Part shown: positions 47,701 through 61,544 of the stretch, one piece after another
How positions within the stretch are numbered: position 1 is the stretch's first letter
Layout: each line of letters begins with the position of its first letter
NCBI GenBank assembly: GCA_973895155.1
Contig: OZ316892.1
Location: 3,599,223 to 3,663,222, forward strand
Reading direction: 5' to 3'
Origin: Marsupella aquatica
Lineage: Eukaryota > Plantae > Marchantiophyta
DNA: 64,000 bases
Notes under the pieces: model-generated
What the model was told of the DNA's origin: nothing
Databases searched by the model: none
What the model saw: the letters and a program-made list of their open reading frames with translations, nothing else
Position numbers and translations under genes: made by a program

Positions 47701-50700
47701 GCTACTTGTCTTGCTTTGTGCAGAGACAGTTTTCAGAACAATGGGCTTTGGCATGTGGAGAAATCCTCAGGGTCCTGACCCACTACAACCGACCTACGTT
47801 CAAGACTGATAATGGCCACCCTTCAGCGAGTCTTGGAAGTCCTAGTACAAGTGGGGAGGGTTCAGGGAAAGCCACCCAGGACGATTCTTCTTGGGAAGCT
47901 AGGGGACGGAAGTCACCTTCTAGACTGCTCACACCTTGGATCACTGACAGCCTACTTGCTGCTTCCCCACCAATACGCAATGATTATTTCCGATGGTGTG
48001 TCTTCTATGCCTTATCATCTAAGCCCTTTGGCTTCATGAGTAATTGTCTAAGCAATAAAATGCTGCGTAACCGTTCTTGCGAAATTCTCGTTTTGAGTGG
48101 AAATTCGACATTTGTCGTCTCTAATATCTTGGCATTGCAGTAATTGCTAACCTCAGTGCTTTTCTTTGATTATTGACTATATTATCAAACCTCGATGTAG
48201 GTGTGGAGGGATCATGGGAAAATATGCCGGCGGAGAAGAGCTCAGGCCTCCAACCAGGGGTAAGCTGCCTGGGTTTGGGCTCTTGTAAAGTTCGAGAGAT
48301 TGTTCAATCCTCCTAATGTCAGTGAGTTGGTTGTATCATCGAGCGGCTTTGGTTTTCTTAAGAGCATGATCTCCATCTGAAAGATTCTCACATTGGGTCC
48401 TTCGTTTGCTAACAGTTGGACAAGGAAAACAGCCACAATTACTACCATCATCTCCCAGATGGGCCGTGGCCAATGGGGCTGCAGTGATCTTAAGTGTATG
48501 CGACGATGAAGTTGCTCGCTATGAGACAGCTGACCTGACCGCATCTGCTGTACCTGCTTTGCTGATTCGTCCACCACCTCCCGATATCCAGGATGAGGAA
48601 ATGGTGGTGCTTAGCCTACCTCCACTAGAGCCGTATGCACGCTTGTTTCACAGGTAGACTTTTCCTTTCTACTTTCAGGAATTGTAGTTTAGATTGTCAT
48701 GCAATTTATCGATGTTTGGGCATTAACTGCGGTGATTATGCCCCTTGAACGCAATCCTTGGAATATCTTTGGAATATGTTTTCAGGTATTATGCAATTGC
48801 AACACCAGGAGCCACACAGAGACTGCTTTTGGGCCTTCTTGAAGCCCAGCCAGTTGGGGCGCCGCATGGTTTACTTGTGGCCGTTGCTCTCCTCGATATA
48901 TTGCGTGTAGCTGATGAAAGCAGCTCGTCTGTTAAGGTCTTTACCCGCACTGTTCGCATGTCTTATATAATTTTGTCACTTCTAAGGGTGTATCTGTGTA
49001 GCCCTTGAAGACCTCTTGTTTTTCTAGTAAATGGCGATTCTTCTGAGTTGTAGCAATAGATGTCACTAATGTACTTGCTGGACTCTCATCGTAGTTTTAT
49101 TGTCGAAATTTCTGTCAAGTTCTGAGATAGTAGACATGACGTTGTCTTTGTCTTGTAGCTTCCCCGTGATTGGTTGCACCTACATTTTTTAAAACCAGTT
49201 GGTGCTGCGATGGCTACGCGGTCCGGGGTTGTGGCGGATTCTGCTGCAGCACTTCTATTTCATATTTTCTCTCAGCCTGCACTACTTGTTCGTCCATCCT
49301 CTCGGTCTCTTGGAAGTTCTGGAGCACAATCATTGTATGGGTGTGCAACGTTACCGTCAGGAACTGAAGAAGTAAGTTTCCATCAATCCATTGCGAGTTA
49401 CTTAATTGGTCGTCCGTTTTCGTTCGCTGCTCTTTCCATTACAAAGTGGTCGAGTTTTTCCCCGAGGAAGTCGACGTGAAATTTATCGGCTTTCTTGGGG
49501 TTTAGATAGCTATATAGTTTGATTGATGTCAAGGCCATGGCTGCTGTTGTTACTAGACCACTTCTTACTCATTCACATAGATGTATGCAAGTCAGAGGTA
49601 GAACCTCGGAAAATCTAAGATTGATTAGCTGAGAGTTCTTGTTATCCGAATCGTCAATGACATCAATCTAGCTTCGTGATCATTATTTTGTTTTTGTACA
49701 AATTGAAGCTAGTTTCGAGATTTTCTAATTTCCGTAATCAACACTAGTATTTATCTAATCTAGTTGCTGTGTCCTCGCAATCAATGATCTATGATCGACT
49801 ATTGCTGACACAGGCAACTACTCGTGCATCTCAAGCGAACGATGAAGCAACAGCAGGAGGACTAGCTGAGTTGATGATTGGGCATGGACCTGACGTAGAA
49901 TGGCGAATATGTTTACTGTGGGAGGCAGCTCTGGGATTGCGACCTCTTAGTCCTCATGTACTTGATTTACCCAAACTTGTTCTTTCAGCAGGTCTGCAGC
50001 CGCCTGTTCTGTCCTGGAATATGGTGCGGCCTCTGCTTTGTGCCCTTGAATATTTGCCTGCTAAAAGTGAATCACGAGACTGCTTACGGAGAATATTCTC
50101 TGGGACTGTTGAGGCGATTCTACAGCGCACCTTCCCTCGAGATGAGGTAGCAAAGCAAATGGATGGCAGCTATAGAAATATGAATGCTGGAGGAAGTGGG
50201 GCCAATGCCAAGATTGTTAATATGGCAGAACTTCGAGCTATGGTTCATTGTTTATTTACCGAGGCCTTTCTTTCCCCTAATCTTGCAGCTCAACTTCTCT
50301 CAGATGCCCTTACTTTATGCCTGAGCCATGATGCCAAACGTGAAATAGAGCTCAGGGCTGCCGTGAGAGATGGAAAAGGCAGAGAATCGTCCTCTGTTGA
50401 AGGGCCTAGCAGTAGTCAGGAGATACACCGACGTTCCGGTGATGACGTTGTCAAGGATCGTGGGGCAGTTGCAACTTTTGACTCTTACATTGTAGCTGCA
50501 GTCTGTGCTCTAGCATGTGAAGTGCGGCTGCTCTCTGTTTCCTCGGCGTATTTTACAGGGTCAGAGCAGGCTTCATTTGCTATGGTAACTGTGGAAGGGG
50601 ATAGAGAAGTAGGTAGTAGTGGACGACAAGAGGGACGAAGACCATCTTCTCCATCAGCTGATGGCTTTCCCATTGGTATTGCCAGTGTTGCAGAGCATAC

Positions 50701-52907
50701 AAAGAGGCTTGGTCTTCTAGAATTCCTTCTCACTGGATCACCATCTTCGAATGGAACTGGCACCGGTGACAATATTACAAGTAATAACGTTTTAGGGGAA
50801 TCGGTAGTTGCAGCTCATATGTCTAATCTGTTGGGGCAGTCCAAGGCCTGTTTACACTCATTAACTGAAATTATGAAGTGCGAATGGGACCCTGGGATTT
50901 GTGCACAAGCTGCGGCACTACTTGCTCGCATAGAAAGCAATAGCGGTCTAACATCTGTGTCAAACCAGGGAAGACGATTGCATTCAAGGTCGTCTGGTGT
51001 ACAGGCAAGGGATACAGAGTTCGGGTTAGAGACAGTTGCTAGTGATTCAGATCACGCGTCCAAGGCCCTGAGTCTAGATTCTCACAAAGATGGCACAGTT
51101 CAAAAGTCTCCCCACAGAGGGCGGATGACAAACATATTGAATGGGCAAAGGCAAAAATCTCCCAATGGGTTTTCAAAAGGTTATATGGGAAAGCAGGTTG
51201 TGGCGTTACCTTTGGAAGCAGCTGATGTGGCTGCGCTACTTTGTAAGGAGAGAACCGAGCACGGTGCTGTACTGACTTCATCTTTGCAACGAGTGATTGT
51301 TGAAAATCAGCACTTGGCAATTGGTACTCTGGCTTTGCTTTGCCAACGGCTGGTACTTTCTCCCGAGATTTCCAATAGCACTGAAGGGACCTCAGCTGAT
51401 TGTGGGTGGCACCAGGTATGCACCATAGCCAGATGTGTTTGAAGTCACGATTTCTAGTGTCGCAGGAAACCAGCTTAGAATTTTCACATTTCGAAATAAA
51501 ATCCAATTGTGTATCTGGTGTGTTCCATATCTTGAACAGCCAGCTAAATGGTCGGCGTGCTTCGCATTCTTTCAGGTCGTGGAAGCTCTTTGCAATATGA
51601 CAGCTGCCCTTCCAGAAGAATTGGCTCCATTTGTTGTGGCCCAGGTGAAGAACCGTGATTGCCTTCTACTATTGGATTGCAGGCTTGCACTGTATTATGA
51701 TAAAAAAATATCAATTAAGTTCTACAATATTTACATAGAGTCATGTGATGTGGTACTAATATATGTTGATCGAAAGCATACTTTCAGTTAGGACCTTCGT
51801 ACCTTTAGATGGAACAGAGGTGCAATGGTAGTGTCGAAGTTCTAGGGAAGTTGTCGTGTAGTTCTTGCTGCAATCAAGCACCCACCATTCGTTATTGTTG
51901 TTGGATATTAACAGGTTCACGATGTCTCTTGTGAGTCAGGCTGAGAAACACCTTCAACCATGGACTGTCAAGGATCATGTGCAAAGCCAGAAAGCTGTCT
52001 GGAGAGTTAACATCCGCATCGTCACTTTGTTATCTGCACTTCTGCGCCTTTGGGCCATCCCATTCATTGTGAAGGTGGTTGTTGGTGACGGGGTCCTGCT
52101 TAGACAGGCCACTGATGCAATGACTATTGATGGAGAGGCTTGTTCTTTGCCTCAGCTAGAGGTAAGCTGGTTGATGTGAAAATTTAGATTGCATATATGT
52201 GATTTTATTGGCTTCTGCACTGGCTCGCAGACATTGTATATTGATGAGATGCTCTATGTGTCTACCTGATAGTATTAACAATGCAATACACAATTGCTTA
52301 TACCTCAGGTTAGAGGTGAAGACAAATTTTATTAACAATGGAGTTTGATCTAATTTTGTTTCTTTCTTATTTGCAGCTTTTGGAAGCAGCAGCTCAGGCA
52401 GCTCAGGCAGCCTTGAAATGGGATGATCCTCAGGATAAAATTGCGGACATGTTGCTTTCATTCCTCAGGGTAAGGCTTTGTACAACTCTGGCTTCTAGTC
52501 CGCTAGCACCAGACTTAAGAAGTTCTTTGCAGGGACTACTACAGAATTGCCGAGTTTCACCTGGGGAATTGATTTAATTTACTCAGCTGAACGAGATGTA
52601 TGCTGTGCAGGACCGGCTTCCAGTCACAGTCCAGTGTTTGTCACATAGCAGTGCACATGTACGAGCAATGAGTATTGCTCGACTTAGGGAGATGCTGTAC
52701 TTCGAGTCATTTCGGACCAGATATTCCAAAGAAGGATTGGAAGAGGGTGACAGCACGGAGAAGAATGGGGATACGGGTAGTTATCACTGGAGAAATGCTA
52801 TCGAGCAGTGTCTAACATGGGAGGCACGTTACCGTCGAGCTGGTGGGATGTCTATTTCCTTGCTGGCCAATGCTGCGACTGCTCTAGGCTGCACACTTCC
52901 ATCGTGA
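44730..52907 (+). CDS. GI: GIGANTEA (circadian clock/photoperiod protein); 14 coding exons, ~1190 aa
   Basis: Exons 44730-44816, 46776-46847, 47081-47135, 47307-47449, 47724-47995, 48201-48259, 48416-48653, 48786-48936, 49159-49371, 49814-51415, 51576-51644, 51940-52161, 52377-52469, 52611-52907 (3573 nt, in phase). Motifs KWLRGLQSSSLF, LLDDVLAIFVLHHPEHGHA, SEQWALACGEILRVLTHYNRP, RYYAIATPGATQRLLLGLLEA, HGPDVEWRIC, DGEACSLPQLELLE, CLSHSSAHVRA and CLTWEA. Confidence 0.95.
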
Positions 52908-54617
52908 CAGTACTGGTGAAAGTTGAGAGTTGCGCAACTTTGTCAACTGTGTGGAACTCACTCTAGTCCTTAATATCGTACTCGGGGCACATATTGGAGG
53001 CAAGCATCATGGTGTTTACGTCTTTGGCATCAGTTGCATGAGTAAATCCAAAGCTTGGAGTAAATTCTCACTCCCAAGTGACGACTCAGGAGAGTTGAAT
53101 GTTTTTATGGATGTATCACACTCGGGACATAGAAAATTTTCGGTGACCCATCGACAGCAAGATCGGTTTACAACAAAACGTCAAGGAGTGCTGGACAATT
53201 ATTTCGTCACCCTCGGGTGCAAGATATAGGTGTGGATCATTCTTTCATGGGAAGGAGCATCCCAGGAGGTTGTTTGAGCAACTACATCCTTTCCTCAAAA
53301 TGATTGTGAAGTGTTCCGAAAGCAGTTCCGCGCTCAACTTACTATATTGGAAGAGCGAGCTTGGTACACATCTCTGTGGGGCTGCGGTTTTGATTACAGT
53401 CGGACAGATTTCTCATGGCTCAATGTGAGATTGTTGCCCACAAAGCTGGCAAGAGTAAGCTAAACTGATGACCCAAGTCAATCTATTCATGCAGTGTTCC
53501 AAGCATACGGGTTGGACGATTCGTTGTAACTCAGTCATCTGAGTTGATTTCAGGGTCCCTCGGTCATCATGTACAGTAATGTAAATTGAGGTTAAATGAG
53601 CCTAGTTTGGATAGTGAATTGTGGTTTCGATTGCCACCACCTTGTGCGAGTTATTTTCTCCTTAGAGTAAAGTATCGCAATCTTCATCCAGCTTCAGAAG
53701 TCTCTGGCTTTTGAGGTTGCAACTAGCCTTAGTGAGGGGCCCAATTTTCCCTATCACCGGAAGAATCATTGTAGTTGTTCCCATCTAGATGATGCAGGTT
53801 CATGCATATGTTGTTGACACTACTCATACATCCTGCAGAGTCTCATCCAGATGAAAGTTACCAAAGGAGAGAAGGGCATGTTTCGCTTCCTATGACCTGA
53901 TAGAATCCCATGTTTGGGAATATACTTCACAGGAATCACCAAGGGTAGCAGTCTTCTGGCTTCAAGAAGAGGGTAAGGCACGAATCTGTTGGCTGGTGCA
54001 GGACTCATTGAGGTGAGACTGCTGTCCACCTGCACCCTTATGGGATTTTGTGTACATGCAAGAGGTGATTTAAAATTTCTTCCAGGACTGTCAGGTGCAT
54101 GAACGAGAGTACTTGTGAGTCGAAATTGTTTGTTGCCCCAGTGACCCCTTGGAATTGAGTTGTGCGGTTTGTTTGAGCACGTGATGGGCTACTGTGCTTG
54201 TCTCCGAGAGATGTTATCCTCCCGATGTAGACATCAGTATTTACGTTTTACTTGAGAGAATTGGTATTAACACCTAAGTATACCATTTATTACACTAATG
54301 ACGCATGACGGTGTGCCAATATCAGTCTGTGATTTGGTTGAAACTGACAATCTGAGTTTGCAATATAGAGAGATATTCTAGCTTTTATTCTGGAAATGAA
54401 GCCTCGATGAACACAACATTTCACAAATATCTTCGATGCACCGTGTGGGCTTGTGTTCCATTGTGAAATTTGAAATGTTAGTTTGAGACCCAATTTTATC
54501 ACCCCTTTGTAATTAGTCCGTGTACCCCTTGTTATCCAAGGAATGTTTGTAAATTGTTTTTTTTTTTAACAAAGAAATGAATTTTTTATTTATGTGAAAT
54601 AATTTTTTGATACATAT

Positions 54618-55210
54618 CTAGTACCTAATAGTTCAATGAGAATGCACAATCATGTGTTATTAATGTGACTTTAATTCAAAATAATTATAAACATTAGTTA
54701 AATTTTTGAAACCTAATTAAATCCTGATCTAGTACCTAATAGTTCAATGAGAATGCACAATCATGTGTTATTAATGTGACTTTAATTCAAAATAACTATA
54801 AAGTAATCATAAAAAATTTATAAACCCAGACATCATGCTAAGACTAAACATCAAACCTACTTTGTTTTGTGACATTAGTTAAATTTTTGAAAAGCTAAGA
54901 ATGTCAAAATGTTTTCATCATGTTCACTGGACACACATACCGGAGACACGAGTAAACCTATAGGTCCAAAGCTTTTTAAATTTTGTGTTGTAAGTCCAAA
55001 TTTTTTTAAATTTTGTGTTGCTCTGCTTTGATTTGATATTGAACAGAGCTTTTTGAAAAGTGGAAATAAGTTTCAAATTGCACTGCATCAATTTTGTGCT
55101 GTAAGTCCAAAGCTTTTTAAATTTTGTGTTGCTCTGCTTTGATTTGATAATTGAACATTGTAATTTTGAGCAAAGCTTTTTGAAATGTGGAAATAAGTCT
55201 CAAATTGCAG
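54618..55210. repeat. AT-rich direct duplications
   Basis: CTAGTACCTAATAGTTCAATGAGAATGCACAATCATGTGTTATTAATGTGACTTTAATTCAAAATAA x2. GTCCAAA..TTTTTAAATTTTGTGTTG x3. Confidence 0.8.
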
Positions 55211-56754
55211 TACATAGAAGATGCACTGCAATAAAAGGCAAGTAGGAAACTAGGAAACAACAAGCAATCCTCTAGACAAGTGCACTTGGGCCTGGTGCGA
55301 TTGCAGTTATTCGACTCAGAAAGTTAATGCTCTTTTGGACTCCTGTAATTACCTTGGTGGCCAAAGAATTCTATCAAAGTCTCCAAACTAACTTTGTAAA
55401 ACTTCCGCAACTAAGAATTGTATACTCGATAGTGCTTCTTATCCATTGGTCCACAACGAAGGAGCATTATAATTGTAGACATCCAAATTGAAAAACATCC
55501 CATGTCTTCATTTCAGAAAAGCTTTCATCTTTGATTCTTCGATCTGAACAGGATAAGCAAGAAGTGACGGGCATGACAAATAATCAGGCACTTGATCAGG
55601 CAGCTCCGTGACAGGTAGTCGCAATTTCTTATGACATCTCCCACTCCAACCACTTGTCACAAAATGAGACACAACGAGCTGAACGATGAGGTTGCCAATG
55701 TTTTGAATGCACATCCTGTCTTTAGGAAATCTTTCATGACAAGCCCTCGTTGATCCTCCTGTGGACTTACAAGAGCAATCCCGTATCCATCACAAATCCA
55801 TCTATTTGCTTGGTACAGATGACAAAATTTGTTCGCTCCATCGCTTATAGATTTTGTTGCTTGTACATACAACCAAACAAAATCTATAAGACAAAGAAAC
55901 AATTTTGCAGAGCTCGTTGTATTCTCTGTTTCTCTTGGATGGTTGATCATTGGTTGAAAGTTTAGAGACAATGGTCCTGTTCTCAAAGGCTCCTCATTGC
56001 ATACTCATTGATCCCAACCTGAAGGCCATTATCAAACCACGTGATGCTAAGGGAGGAGGGTCCTTAGCTTCTTTTGTTCCTGCGGTTTTGTTTAGGTGGT
56101 TACAAAAATACGGTTACTTTTCATGTTGAACACTATTTATTTTTATAAAAAATAATTTATAAATATAAGTAAAGAGATTATGGGTGAATGTTTTAATCTT
56201 GTCCTTTGTATCAATAGGTTTGGATGAATTACTTTTAAGTATTCTTACATTATGTTTTGACGGCAAGGCGTCCCTAAAATTACACAGAAATTGACGTAAA
56301 CAAGATGGAGAGGAGGTTATTCGACGCGCAAACATGACGCATCTTGTTTCATGCAGATGTTGCTGATGTGGCACATCGTGGAGCCTGGAAATTTGCAAGG
56401 GACTTCTCATGGGGTCCGTAACAAATGATAAGAGTAGTTTTGTGTGTCAGAAATTGTCATATCTATCCAAGTTGCATGGTTACACATTTTATTCTGTCCT
56501 AGCACTCATGTCTTAAGTTTTGGGTCTCAAAAGAAGCTGGATCCATCCAAGTTTAATGGTTGCATGGGCCGCAAGGGTACAATGACACATAGGATGCCTT
56601 AACAACTTCCTTGCATTGACATCTTTGGTGTAACACATTTTGTCATTCAGGCACACTCAGACTGTACACCAGAGCCAGATTGACCATGATAGACACCTAA
56701 AGTGAACTAAGAAAAGAAGTTGGACTGGGTATTTAATGTACCCACTAAGCAAAA

Positions 56755-56778
56755 CCCGTTGGGTTGGAGATGCCCTAA
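56755..56778. mobile_element. Isolated Tourist/Harbinger-type terminus
   Basis: GGGTTGGAGATGCCC followed by TAA (reverse: TTA-GGGCATCTCCAACCC). Partner TIR not found. Confidence 0.5.
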
Positions 56779-57699
56779 GTAGCAACAATGACACTCAAAT
56801 TGGATAAAGGAAAATAACCTAATTGTTCATTCACAAAACTTTACAAATCTTACATTACACTAAATAAAAATTAAAAAAAAACTGTTGTTCATGCCTGACA
56901 GGTCAAAAGAAAATAAGTGAGGACCCCAGATGATTGGTCACTTTTTTTGGTCCCTTTTTAAGAAGTGATCTCCGTGAGGGTACATCGTCACAAAGGCCCT
57001 GTTTGAGTTTGTACATGTGTAAGTGCACTATGGTTGGGAATGGGACTCACCCTGGCTCTTTGCATTGCTCAAGGCATCAAACGCAATTAGTTGTGTTTGC
57101 AAAGGGAATGGAGTGCATTAGTGAAGCAGCCATTCTGGCTGGGAATGTAGTGGCTCGTTCCATTACTGGAGGCATTGAATGTGATTAGCTGTGTTTGTAA
57201 TGGGACTGGACTGGTTGTGCTTTCAAAAGGGGCCAGTAAGACTTGCCACAACTCACCCAGCACTTCTACCTAAGACAATTCATTTTCCCAAGACATGTAC
57301 AGACAACCTTGAGAGAGTGTATCCTTCATTGACAAATTTGTAAATCATGTGGTGCATGTTGCAAGTATTGGTTGACAGAATTAATTTTTTAATGCAGAGT
57401 AGAAGAAATCTAGGCAAGGACTAGCCCAATGTGTTCCACGGAAGATGTCAAGATGAGACAAAGATGTTAAGGTGAGACAAAGATGTAGAGAAGAGTCAAA
57501 GATATCAAGTCAAGGCAAGAAAATGCATGCAAGGTGAGGTAGTTGTTGAGGTATTTTATGTGTCATCCCAACCATATGGTGGTCATGGCCATATTCATTG
57601 TCACTCTGAAAAGTAGCCCCAAACCTCTCTCGGTAATTTCCCTAAACAGCGGATATCAACATACAATTGTAGATTGCCATCTTGAAAACCCAAGGGCAC

Positions 57700-57800
57700 T
57701 CCCTATAAGGAGTCAAGTATTGTATAATCTTTTCCGTATACACATCTAGGCAATCCCTACAAGGAGTCAAGTATTGTATAATCTTTTCCATATACACAGC
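57700..57800. repeat. ~54-bp direct duplication
   Basis: TCCCTAYAAGGAGTCAAGTATTGTATAATCTTTTCCRTATACACA x2. Confidence 0.8.
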
Positions 57801-59578
57801 TAGTAACCAAACCCCTTCCAGTGAGTGGGTTGGTCCTGACTTTTTGCATGTTACTGGGATTAATCAACACCCGTTAGTTGGGTTTAAGATGCCCTTCGGT
57901 GGATATCATGAAGTGCCCAAATTCACTGAACTAGTGGCAGAAGATTCGGTTTCTCAATCTCTCCTCTAGACCATAAGAAGAACAGCTTTGAGCAATTACT
58001 TGACTGAATTTAACCAGCTCTGGCTTACCGCACAATAACATCTTCACATCAAGCAAGCAAGCAAGCCACTGTGTCATCTGGTTGCAGCTATGGATCCTTG
58101 GTTGAAAGCTGTTGGGTCCAACTACACAAGCACTCTCCATTGGTGAAGTCAACCTGTCGCCCTGGAATGCAAAGTGATGGTGATAATATTGTGGTGTTGA
58201 TTTTCATGTGACTTGATTTGGGCTCGCTCCCTTTTCTGAGGTCGATTTCTCCTTGACATGTTTCCGATCTCCGTCAGATGATTAATTCCTCTATGGCCTC
58301 AGACTTCCCAAGAAGCTTTCTGCAAGTGAGTTCTCAGGATTCTGATCAGCACCCTGAGAAATAGTGTTCTCCAAAGTATTTCAGAGATGGCTTGCAGTGT
58401 GCTTAACCATTGCCGAAAATACAATGCCGGGGTGATGATACAGGAGGAGTGGTGAGGCAACTGCTTACCAGCTCGTTGAAGAATCTGATCTAACTCCTGT
58501 TCAGACTCTTTCATTCTCCACATTACTGGTGAATGTACCACCTTCAAAGCACGCAATCAGCATAAACAAAACTAACAACTGTCCTCGAGACAATAACAAG
58601 CCGAAGTATGGAGCACATAAAACGATTTGTACTTTGGTACACCTGCATTGAAGTGTCCAATCGAAGGACTTGCGCGTCCTCCCAAGGTGATAATTGAGCA
58701 GATTCATTCTGACATGACTTCTCCTTTGTAGTGAGTTTTCAGGCTTCACGGAATCGAAATAGCATCGAGAAGAGGAAAACCAACCCAATTCGAAATGTTC
58801 ATGAGAGTTGGCTGGAATGTGAATGGAAGAAAATGTGGTGGAATGGTGCAAACTGAAGTGAAAACTTTACTCCATACGATTATCCTTGAGAATCACATTT
58901 ATATGCTACTGTCGTCTACCGAATGAGAGAGAACTTCGTGTGATGATAAACAAAACTTGCCTCGAATGAGAACGATCTTCCGATACCGAGTGCGGAACGA
59001 GACAGACATGATGATGGAGATGAACGCTATTCACAGTACTTCGAAATAAAAAGCGTGACGCACTCGTTCTCTAGAGATAGTTTGTCTCATTTTCAAACGT
59101 GTAATTACAAGTCCAAAGCTAGAATGGAGCCGAGCATAAATGCAGCTGCGGCACCTCCAGACCTCCTCCCATGAAATGAAGAAGCTATCTCCCGAAGAAA
59201 TCTGTTTCGGAATCCGATCCATCACTGACCAGGACGATTTCATGGACCCACAGCAAATCCAAAGCAAGGTTGACAAGGAGATCACCGCCATTGAGTATGT
59301 CATGGCCATAGCAAATCCAAAGCAAGATTGACTGGGAGAACCGGATGATGCGGGACAATCTCGTTCGGAGCCAACTGACCAACCTCTGTCGACGCTTCTT
59401 TCAGTGGAGCGACAATAAGATAAATTGTACAAGAGGAGGCTGGACAGCGATGACTCCGGATAGCTAGTCGAGAATTCGGGGTCAGTGACCAATTGCTTGC
59501 TCCATGAGATACTTCGAACCGAAAAGCCGATAGTTGTACAAGTTGTTGGGCGAAGAGAAATGCAGATATGACTTCGTA

Positions 59579-60091
59579 TTACCGAACAACTTCCAAACCA
59601 GCCGACGAATAGCTCCCGTTCTCCAGTGCAGCACTGGTGATGGCGGCAGCGAATTCCCTGAAACTGATCCTGCCATCTCCATCGGTGTCCGCTTCTCTAA
59701 TCATGTCCGCGAGCTCCTTGACCGTGAGGGTATGGCCTAGACGAGACATCGACTGCGCGAGCTCCACGGCTGTGATAAAGCCATTACCATCCCGGTCGAA
59801 GGCACGAAAGAGCGCCAGCAGCTCCTCGTCGCTGTATCTCACGTCCTCCTTGAACATCTCAGGGGCAATGAGGTTCGCGAACTCTTCAAACTCGATCAAT
59901 CCATTATTGTTCTCGTCTGCCTTGCCGATGAGCTCCTCGAATGCCTCCGCTGAAGTTGGTTTGAGCCCGAGAGATCGCAGAAGAGAGCTCAGCTCCAAAA
60001 CTGTCACGCTCCCGTCGCGGTCCCTGTCGAATCTGGAGAATATGTCCTGCAGCTCGGCGAGCTGCTCCTTGTTCAGCAACTTCGATGCCAT
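59579..60091 (-). CDS. CML: Calmodulin-like calcium-binding protein (CML17/CML18-like), four EF-hands, intronless CDS, 170 aa
   Basis: EF loops DRDRDGSVTVLE, DENNNGLIEFEE, DRDGNGFITAVE and DTDGDGRISFRE. EQLAEL..IF, LLRSLGLKP, ELAQSMSRLGH and AITSAA match my recollection of the CML17/18 clade. Confidence 0.93.
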   Translation of the reverse strand: MASKLLNKEQLAELQDIFSRFDRDRDGSVTVLELSSLLRSLGLKPTSAEAFEELIGKADENNNGLIEFEEFANLIAPEMFKEDVRYSDEELLALFRAFDRDGNGFITAVELAQSMSRLGHTLTVKELADMIREADTDGDGRISFREFAAAITSAALENGSYSSAGLEVVR

Positions 60092-61144
60092 GACAACGAA
60101 ATCAGCCTCTCTTGGTCAATCCGTCCCTCCGATCCTGTCTGTGGTTGGCGATTCTATTGAAAACTACACGCTATTTGCCTTCGCAAGAAAAACTGCGCTC
60201 TTGTTGGCCGCCTTCACAGTTGGAGATAAATTTCTCAGTCCCGCCTCCTGAGTTGTTAATGCGTTTACAGCACTGTTTAGAAAATAAATGACGAAGAGCA
60301 AAGTCATAAAGGCGCTTCTGCATAGTGCGGACGCAGACGGAAAACTCCCACTAATTGCGTCACTTTCTTGCAAACACGAAGGATGGAGGATCAACTCTTC
60401 AAAACTTCGTTCGAAACTTTTAAGGCCCCTGTCTGTCTACTCTTCCCACATGTTTCCTCAATCGACAAACCTCCGATCTATTTCTCCTCGCCAAGGAAAG
60501 TCGGTAATTCTCCGGTGACCTGTGCACGCTAAATGAGAGAGCAACAGTGTCACTGTCTCCCCCCTGCCCCGCACTACTTGTGTACTGAAGCCTCAGGTCA
60601 CCACTAACTTCGACACACCGAAAATTTCAACGCACGACCAAATCTTCTGCCGATTGCTGACCAAAGAGGTGACTTATAATTATATCTCATCAGACGGCCT
60701 TACACAATTCCAAATCACTGCTGTCCCAGTCATTCGGGCGATTCAAAATGCCACCATAGTTGTGCCGATCAATCCTTCCCCTTTTCCGTTTCCCACACGG
60801 TCAAGTATTCCTGTATTCGGGAGATCTAATCAATGTTGCCGCATTGATTGATTGAGTGGATCGATAAAGTGCAGTGAACGCACCACCGAGCCAACTACCA
60901 CCCTCGCTCGCTCTTACTGTCTCCGACTCTCCGCTGCCGCGCTGACTAGCTAGCACTCCGCATGTCCGTCTGCCGTATCCTTCCTGCGAAGAATCCCACG
61001 CGGTCCAGTGGCAGATTGACTTGGGTTCCGAGTCGATCACAGCTCCCGCGATCGGCCGGCTCGATCGAAGCGCACCACCGAGCTCGGTCACGTTCCTGCC
61101 GCTGACTGCATTTAGTGCGCTGAATGCGCGTCGTTGAGGTAAAC

Positions 61145-61325
61145 AGTAAGTTGAGGCGTCGGCCACTGTCGTCAGCTCCATCACTGTAAGTTGAGGCGTC
61201 GACCTCTGCGAATCGGAGCACTGTAGTGTCGTCAGCTCCATCACTGCTCTTCCATTTCCTGTGCTGTAAAAGCTCCATCGCTGCTCTTCCATTTCCTGTG
61301 CTGTAAAAGCTCCATCGCTGCTGAC
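61145..61325. repeat. Short direct repeats in the CML leader region
   Basis: GTAAGTTGAGGCGTCG x2, GTCGTCAGCTCCATCACTG x2, CTGCTCTTCCATTTCCTGTGCTGTAAAAGCTCCATCGCTG x2. Confidence 0.75.
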
Positions 61326-61544
61326 TCCGGCTCGGCAGCCTCCGTCCCTCCGCCTCGCCTCGGCGAATGAAGTCTGGGAGGTCGGTCCAAGTCCATCTGG
61401 TCTGCGACGCGTTACAGTGCTTTAGTCAGCCTCGAGTCCTCCACTGTGGTGTCAACTGTAACGTTACACACTACAGTACAGTCCAGTCACCTTTGCCTAA
61501 GTGCACACTCCAGCCTAAGTGCACACTCCACGTTAAGGGTCTCA

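Noticed and set aside
4058-60091. The five genes as a functional gene cluster
   Set aside because: Unrelated functions, separated by TE-rich spacers, with no sequence evidence for co-regulation.
59637-60251. 204-aa plus-strand ORF
   Set aside because: Antisense shadow of the GC-rich CML gene; Ser-rich with no motifs.
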